Shown: positions 58,326-64,000 of the stretch, in pieces
Layout: each line of letters opens with the position of its first letter
Position numbering within the stretch: the stretch's first letter is position 1
From: a virus
Virus record (IMG/VR): IMGVR_UViG_3300018432_000005
Location: 1 to 64,000 of that record
Direction: 5' to 3' (one strand)
Length of the DNA: 64,000 nucleotides
Notes under the pieces: model-generated
What the model was told of the DNA's origin: nothing
Databases searched by the model: none
The model's input: only the letters and a program-made list of their open reading frames with translations
Translations under genes and position numbers: made by a program

Positions 58326-58389
58326 CTGTCTGAACGTTTCACCGTCTCAACGCCCGAACGTTCGACCGTTCAAGCGTCTGGATGCTTAG
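58326..58389. repeat. 8-bp periodic array G (8 units)
   Basis: ctgtctga acgtttca ccgtctca acgcccga acgttcga ccgttcaa gcgtctgg atgcttag. Confidence 0.85.
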
Positions 58390-59675
58390 TCGTCGATGCT
58401 GAGTTCGTCGGTCGCGCCCAGGTCGACGCCCCGCAGTGCGTCGCGCATCTGCTTGGCCTCGTCGCCGTCGAGCTCGAAGCCCGACGTCAGGCACGGGCCG
58501 CTGTACGGACAGCGGTCGCATTTTTCGCCAACGGCCTCGACGAAGCGCCCAAAGCGCACCCACCCGACCACCGAGCGCAATTGCCGCTCGAGCCGCGTGA
58601 CGTCGTCGGCCCTGCGCTGCACGGTCAGCCACGCGCCCCCGCGGTACTGCCCCGGCTCGTACTTGATCTTCTCGTCGCGCTTGACCTCGCGTCCGAAGAC
58701 GCGCGACCAGTATTCGAGGTCTTCGGGCCGCTTGACCTGCTTGTCGCCCTTCTTCGTGTACGGGATGTAGTCGCGCAGTTGGGTCAAGCGGATCACGTCG
58801 GGGAACTTCTCGAAGCGCACCGCGCCCTCGACGAGCACGCCCTCGGTCTCCCGCTTCTTCGCGACAGCACGCAGAGACAGGTGCATCGCCGCGCGCTCCG
58901 TGGGCGCGGCGCCGATGGCCTTGACGTCCCAGGGGTCGAGCGGCACGTCGGCGAGCCGGTCTTCGTTCGCTGCCTGCCGCCACGCATCGAGCACCGTCGT
59001 CGGGAGAAAGGTCCCTTCGGCCAGCGCGTGCGCGTAGATGCCGCCCTCGTAGCCATGATCGAGACGCTTCTGATGCGGCTTTTGCGCGCCCGTTTTCCAG
59101 TCCGTGAAGGCGAGCGACTCGGGCGCCTCGACGGGGCGGTAGATCAGGTCGGTGTGACCTTCGAGCCAGAGCTCGCCCATCTTGACGATGAAGCCGGCCT
59201 CGACGAGCTCGACGGCCGCGACGTACCGATGCATGTCGGCAAACAGCCCCGTCACCATCGCGACGCCTTCGTCGAGCGCCTTCTGCGCCTCGCTCTTTCC
59301 GTACCAACGGACCTCACGGCCGGCGACGGTGCGCGCGAACTCCGTCTCGAGCACGCTGGTCAGCCGCTCGGCCGACGTAGCGGGCTTGCCGGCGAGGATG
59401 CTGTCGCGGACCGCCTGGTTTCGAAGCGCGCGCGCGATGGTCTCGTGCACGGCCGTTCCCATCTCGGTTTTGCCCGAACACGTCTCACGCGCTGCGTGTA
59501 CGAGTTCGGCGATGCGGTCGAACTTGAACTGCTGCGTGCACGCGTACTCGCCGATCAGCGTGGACATGTGGCTTTTGTGAATGGGGTCGGCGAGCGTCCC
59601 CCACTTTCGAAAGTCCCAACGCGGGGGCTTGCTCGGGGTGACGACGGGCAGCCGACGCGCACTCGTCGCAGTCAC
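58386..59675 (-). CDS. PD-(D/E)XK nuclease (RecB/Cas4-like)
   Basis: GTAVHE, LEGHTDLI, TDWKTG, C-terminal CDRCPYSGPC motifs. Confidence 0.85.
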   Translation of the reverse strand: MTATSARRLPVVTPSKPPRWDFRKWGTLADPIHKSHMSTLIGEYACTQQFKFDRIAELVHAARETCSGKTEMGTAVHETIARALRNQAVRDSILAGKPATSAERLTSVLETEFARTVAGREVRWYGKSEAQKALDEGVAMVTGLFADMHRYVAAVELVEAGFIVKMGELWLEGHTDLIYRPVEAPESLAFTDWKTGAQKPHQKRLDHGYEGGIYAHALAEGTFLPTTVLDAWRQAANEDRLADVPLDPWDVKAIGAAPTERAAMHLSLRAVAKKRETEGVLVEGAVRFEKFPDVIRLTQLRDYIPYTKKGDKQVKRPEDLEYWSRVFGREVKRDEKIKYEPGQYRGGAWLTVQRRADDVTRLERQLRSVVGWVRFGRFVEAVGEKCDRCPYSGPCLTSGFELDGDEAKQMRDALRGVDLGATDELSIDD

Positions 59676-60006
59676 GAGCGACCCCCGTCGATTGCTTGCT
59701 GACCCACTTGGGCGGGGAGTGTCGTGGTCGTCGTGTGCGACATGATCTTACTGTCGTCCAGACACTCAGATCGACTCGCGCCGCGTTCTGTCGCGTGTGT
59801 CAGTTTTCGTCCGGTCACAGACGGGACCATGACAGTTCACGACCTGCGCGCGAAGTGGTTTTCGACGTGGGGCAACATCTGGGGCTAGAAGTGTCCGGGC
59901 GTAAAATGTCGAGCAGTCAGACTTGCTCGTGCCCAGTCTGCAGACGTGTCTGTTCGTGCGATTAGCACCTTGCGTAACTGACATTCCGCGCCCTACTCTC
60001 CGGGTC

Positions 60007-60225
60007 ATGGTGGGGCTCGGGAAGAATCTGCGGATGGCGCGCGTCGACGCGAACGTCTCCGTGCAAGAGGCGGCAGAGAAGACCGGGTATTCCGTGCGCA
60101 CGATCCAGCGCTGGGAGACGGACCGCTTCGAGCCCAACGCGGACGGCTTCAATGCGCTGGCGGAGGCGTACGGCTGCACGCTCGACAAGCTGATCACGGG
60201 ACGCGAGCGAGCGCGCGCCGCGTAA
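60007..60225 (+). CDS. XRE-family HTH regulator (Cro/CI-like), leaderless
   Basis: LRMARVDANVSVQEAAEKTGYSVRTIQRWET; TTGCGT-18-TACTCT ends 7 nt upstream of the ATG. Confidence 0.85.
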   Translation: MVGLGKNLRMARVDANVSVQEAAEKTGYSVRTIQRWETDRFEPNADGFNALAEAYGCTLDKLITGRERARAA

Positions 60226-60488
60226 GGGCAGGGGCGCCCAAACGCCGGGCGCGCACGACGAGAGCAAACGAGCACACGGCCGGGGGGCGACGTGACGGTG
60301 CAGGCATCAGCGATGGTCAGGACAGCAGCGAGCCAGCTCTCGACCGGGGAGCTTGTGGGGCTGTTTGCGATGATCGTGCTCGCGCTCGTGTCCATCGTGC
60401 TGATCGAGTGGACCTTCGACCGCGCCAGCGCCGACGACAACGATCAGGACATGCGCGGACCGCGCGACCGCCGCGATGGTGACGGCTG

Positions 60489-61220
60489 ATGGGGGCGACG
60501 TCGCTCATCCGCTTTCGCCTGGGCCGCCAAGAAAAGGCGCTCGCGGATGTCCAAGCCGTCGACCACGTGATCACCGACCCCCCTTACAGCGCGCGCACCC
60601 ACAAGGGGCAGAAGCACGCGCGCTCGAGCGCGATCAACGCGTCGGCCATCTCGGAGGCCGGGATCTCGTACCCCTTCTTCACGCCCGAGCTCGTCGACGC
60701 GTTCGTCGACAGCTGGGCGCCGCGCACGCGCAAATGGTTCTGCGTCTTCACGTCGCACGACCTCGTGCCCGCCTACGAAGAAGCCTTGCGGCGGCATGAC
60801 CGCTACGTGTTCGCGCCGCTTCCGTGCGTGCAGCGCGGCAGCAACGTGCGCCTTGCCGGCGACGGTCCTGCCAACTGGACCGCGCATCTGCTCGTGTCGA
60901 GGCCTCGCGCGATGCGGCCGCTCTGGGGCGCGCTGCCGGGCGAGTACCGCGCCGCGCCCGAGCGCCGCAAGGATGGCCTGCGCATCGCGGGAAGTAAGCC
61001 GCTCCTGATGATGCTCGACATCGTGCAGGACTACTCGCACGAGGGCGACCTCGTGGCCGACCCCTACGCAGGCGCCGCCGTGACGCTCGCCGCGTGTGCT
61101 CTTCGCGGCCGCAAAGCCGTCGGCGCCGAGTGTGACGGTGCGACGTTCGCGCTCGGGCAGCGCCGCATCGCAGCCGAGCTCGCGTTCCCGCGCGCGACCC
61201 TTGCTCGGGAGGCAGTCTGA
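60489..61220 (+). CDS. DNA methyltransferase (N6A/N4C, beta class), orphan
   Basis: ITDPPY catalytic motif before the DPYAG SAM-binding motif. Confidence 0.8.
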   Translation: MGATSLIRFRLGRQEKALADVQAVDHVITDPPYSARTHKGQKHARSSAINASAISEAGISYPFFTPELVDAFVDSWAPRTRKWFCVFTSHDLVPAYEEALRRHDRYVFAPLPCVQRGSNVRLAGDGPANWTAHLLVSRPRAMRPLWGALPGEYRAAPERRKDGLRIAGSKPLLMMLDIVQDYSHEGDLVADPYAGAAVTLAACALRGRKAVGAECDGATFALGQRRIAAELAFPRATLAREAV

Positions 61221-61427
61221 TGATCCTGCCAAGGTCCACGCGCCGCCCTCTGACCATCATCGTCGTCGAGATCGGTGACGACGGCTCGCTGTACGCGCGA
61301 GCCAACTTCACGCGCGACCCCGCCGTCGACGCCGGCCCAAACGACACGCTGTCGGGCTGTCTCGATGTCCTGCAACGCAACATCTGCGATTCCGGCGCGC
61401 TCGAGCGCGCGCGAAAGGTCTGACCTG

Positions 61428-61847
61428 ATGCAAGCCGCCAAAACCGTCGAACAGCTCGCCGTTCCCCTCACACCCGAAGAAGTGCTGATGAAGGGCAAGC
61501 AGTTGACGCAGCGCTGCATCGAGGTCGCCAAGCTCGAAGCCGAAAAGAAGCTGCAGGCCAGCGCGATCAAGTCGGACATCGACGCGGTCAAAGAGAAGAT
61601 CAAAGACCTCGTCGTCGAGATCGACCGCGGCGAAGAGATTCGTCCGATCGAGTGCTACGAGCGGCCCCGCTACGGCGCGCAGATGGTCGACATCATCCGC
61701 ACCGATACGGGTGCGGTCGTCCGCCAGCGCGCCATGCACCCCAACGAACGGCAGGCCGCCTTCGACATGGGTGAGGAACTGCCCCCGCCCAAGCAGGAGC
61801 GCAAGCGCGGCAAAAAGCCGACCGACGAAGCCGAAGGCGCGCACTAA
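61428..61847 (+). CDS. Hypothetical coiled-coil protein
   Basis: LAVPLTPEE...GEEIRPIEC...RTDTGAVV..RAM...ERQ pattern. Confidence 0.65.
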   Translation: MQAAKTVEQLAVPLTPEEVLMKGKQLTQRCIEVAKLEAEKKLQASAIKSDIDAVKEKIKDLVVEIDRGEEIRPIECYERPRYGAQMVDIIRTDTGAVVRQRAMHPNERQAAFDMGEELPPPKQERKRGKKPTDEAEGAH

Positions 61848-61853
61848 GCGCCG

Positions 61854-64000
61854 ATGTCGTCTGCCTTCGACAGCACGCGGTACACCGCAGCGCAGATAGC
61901 CGAGCTTCAAGCCTCGGCCATCTCGCCCGAGATTGCAGATCGTCAGGGTCTGTTCTCGATCGATGACCCGCGTGCGGCGTCGAAGCTCTTCGGACGGACG
62001 GCGAAGATGTGGGAAGGGCACCTGCCGGTGCTCGTCTACCCGTACAAGATGCCGCTGCAGAGAGACCCGGTGCTCTTTCGTGGCAAGCCGGCCGTGCCGT
62101 TCGAGACGCGTCGCAAAGACCAGTCGATCGAACTGACGAAGTACGTGCAGGCCAAAGACTCCGGTACGCACATCATGTTCGGGCCGTCGCTGCTCGACCC
62201 GGCCGCGCTGCGCGACGTGAAGATCCCCGTCGTCATCACGGAGGGCGAAAAGAAGATGCTCGCGGCCGAGTCGGCCGGCATCAGCGCGATCGCCTTGCCC
62301 GGCGTGACGCAGTGGCACGTCAAAGGCGAGCGCTCGCTGCACCCGTACTTCGTGCACCTGGCGCTGCGCGAGCGCGAGGTGATGCTCTGCTTTGACTGTG
62401 ACGCCCTGTCGAACAAGGACGTACGAAAGCAGGAACTCGCGTTCGGGCGCGCGCTGCAGGCCATCGGCGCGCGCGTGTACATCGTCCGCTTTCCTCCGAG
62501 CGCGCCCAAGCTCGACGACTTCCTCGCGACGCACGAGCTCTCGGAGCTTCACGACCTGTTCGACGACGCGCGCAAGAACGGCCAGCTTCCGCCCGACACC
62601 ACGATGGCGGGCGCCTCGGACGAGAACTGGGCGCCCGTGCTGCCCAAGCTCCGCAGGGACGCAGAGTCGAACCTGCCGATCAAGGACGTCGACAACATCG
62701 CCCGCGTGCTGATGCTGCATCCGGCCTGGGCGGGTGTGCTCGCGTTCGACGCGCGCAGAGAGCGGCAAATCTTCCAACTCGTGCCGCCCTTCGCTGACGA
62801 CATGGCGGTCGAACGCGCGACGGTGCCTCGACCGCTGATCGATAGCGACGTGACGCGCGTCGGCGATTGGCTCGTCGCGCAAGGCTGTCTAGGTTGGGCG
62901 ACGCAGCCGCAGCCCTCGCAGCTCGAGCGCGCCATCGCGCTGACCTGTGAGCGCAACCGCATCGAGCGCGTGCGCGACTACCTGATCGCGCTCGTCTGGG
63001 ACCAAGTGCCGCGCCTGGACACCATGGCGCCCGTGTACTTCGGCGCCAAAGACACGACTTACACGCGGACGGTCGTCGCCAAGTGGATGCTGTCGGCGGT
63101 CGCGCGCGTGCGCACGCCGGGCTGCCAGGTCGACCATGTGCTCGTCCTCGAGGGAAAGCAGGGCATCGGCAAGTCGACGGCGCTGCGCACGCTCGCGGGC
63201 GACGACAACTTCTCGGACTCGCTGCCCGACATCACGACAAAGGACGCGCTCGAGCACTGCATCGGGCCGTGGATCATCGAGCTGGCCGAGCTCGACCATA
63301 TGAAGAAGAGCGAAGTCTCGACGCTCAAAGCCTTCGTGTCGCAGCGCGCGCCCGCCTTCCGCTCCGCCTACGCGCACCGGACGATGGAGCATCCCCGCCG
63401 CTGCGTGTTCGCGGCGTCGACGAACGAGTCGAGCTACCTCGTCGACCCGACGGGCGGTCGGCGCTTCTGGCCCATCGAGTGTCTGCGCATCGACACCGAC
63501 GGCCTCGCGCGCGACCGCGATCAACTCTGGGCAGAGGCGTTGCACCGCGTGCGGGCCGGCGAGTCGTGGCACATCACCGACCCCGAAGTACGCGCCCAGG
63601 CCGAAGAAGAGCAAGCCGACCGGCGACAGGTCGACCCATGGCACGAGGTCGTCGGGCCGTTCCTCAAGACGCGCAAGGTCGTCACCATCGGCGACGTGCT
63701 CGACCATCTCGGCTTTGGCCCCGAAGAGACGGTGCCCAGCTCTTTCAGCTCGTACGTGCGGCCGGCGTCGACGTCGACGCGCAAGGGATGGAAGTACGAC
63801 CAGCGCTCGAGCAACCGGGTCTCGGCCATCCTGCGCGAGCTCGGATGGGTGCGCCGTCAGGTGCGCATCGGAGGGGAACGTGTGTGGAAGTACGTCCTAG
63901 ACGACCCTCCCGGCACCACTAGTGGGAACACTGGTGACATAGTGGGGACAGCGCAACTCTTCGACATCAAAGGGAAGTCACCGGTGTCACCAGTGTCACC
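61854..64000 (+). CDS. Primase-helicase fusion: DUF3854-like TOPRIM + VirE/VapE P-loop ATPase (3' truncated; absent from the ORF track)
   Basis: Hand translation: VITEGEKK, LPGVTQW, LCFDCD, LDDFL, then LVLEGKQGIGKST, WIIELAEL, FRSAY, DPTGGRRFWP. Confidence 0.88.
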   Translation, partial: MSSAFDSTRYTAAQIAELQASAISPEIADRQGLFSIDDPRAASKLFGRTAKMWEGHLPVLVYPYKMPLQRDPVLFRGKPAVPFETRRKDQSIELTKYVQAKDSGTHIMFGPSLLDPAALRDVKIPVVITEGEKKMLAAESAGISAIALPGVTQWHVKGERSLHPYFVHLALREREVMLCFDCDALSNKDVRKQELAFGRALQAIGARVYIVRFPPSAPKLDDFLATHELSELHDLFDDARKNGQLPPDTTMAGASDENWAPVLPKLRRDAESNLPIKDVDNIARVLMLHPAWAGVLAFDARRERQIFQLVPPFADDMAVERATVPRPLIDSDVTRVGDWLVAQGCLGWATQPQPSQLERAIALTCERNRIERVRDYLIALVWDQVPRLDTMAPVYFGAKDTTYTRTVVAKWMLSAVARVRTPGCQVDHVLVLEGKQGIGKSTALRTLAGDDNFSDSLPDITTKDALEHCIGPWIIELAELDHMKKSEVSTLKAFVSQRAPAFRSAYAHRTMEHPRRCVFAASTNESSYLVDPTGGRRFWPIECLRIDTDGLARDRDQLWAEALHRVRAGESWHITDPEVRAQAEEEQADRRQVDPWHEVVGPFLKTRKVVTIGDVLDHLGFGPEETVPSSFSSYVRPASTSTRKGWKYDQRSSNRVSAILRELGWVRRQVRIGGERVWKYVLDDPPGTTSGNTGDIVGTAQLFDIKGKSPVSPVS

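Noticed and set aside
58386-59675. Nuclease as evidence of a CRISPR-Cas system
   Set aside because: Solo RecB/Cas4-like nucleases next to SSB-like genes are normal phage recombination genes.
1-64000. tRNA or rRNA genes
   Set aside because: No convincing cloverleaf or rRNA signature seen by eye; tRNAscan was not run.

Overview
The whole window is one GC-rich tailed-phage genome segment, truncated at both ends. 1-30.4 kb (+) is morphogenesis: lambda-like head genes (GpA terminase, gpW-like protein, portal, S49 protease, decoration protein, GpE capsid), a Mu-like contractile tail and baseplate, several putative receptor-binding proteins, and a lysis-like cluster with no recognisable endolysin. 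31-60 kb is mostly small accessory and early genes on the minus strand, including ParA plus an RHH partner, a split RecD2 helicase, a vWA protein and a PD-(D/E)XK nuclease. 60-64 kb (+) holds an XRE regulator, a DNA methyltransferase and a TOPRIM primase-VirE fusion that is missing from the ORF track. No integrase or protelomerase is visible. A myxobacterial-type lipoprotein suggests a Myxococcota host (inference). The main unexplained signals: (1) seven arrays of a degenerate 8-bp repeat (VCGT-YYRR) at the parA start, inside the parB-like gene and at five distant gene junctions, a candidate dispersed centromere or regulon; (2) an orphan Rep-like gene with a candidate ~55-nt counter-transcribed RNA and a structured non-coding region downstream, suggesting a phage-plasmid replicon; (3) eight promoter/operator units (ACGCTTGC-N5-GCAAGCGT), each heading a small gene cassette, next to a tandem-RHH regulator. 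All protein family calls come from motif recognition by eye, not from database searches.
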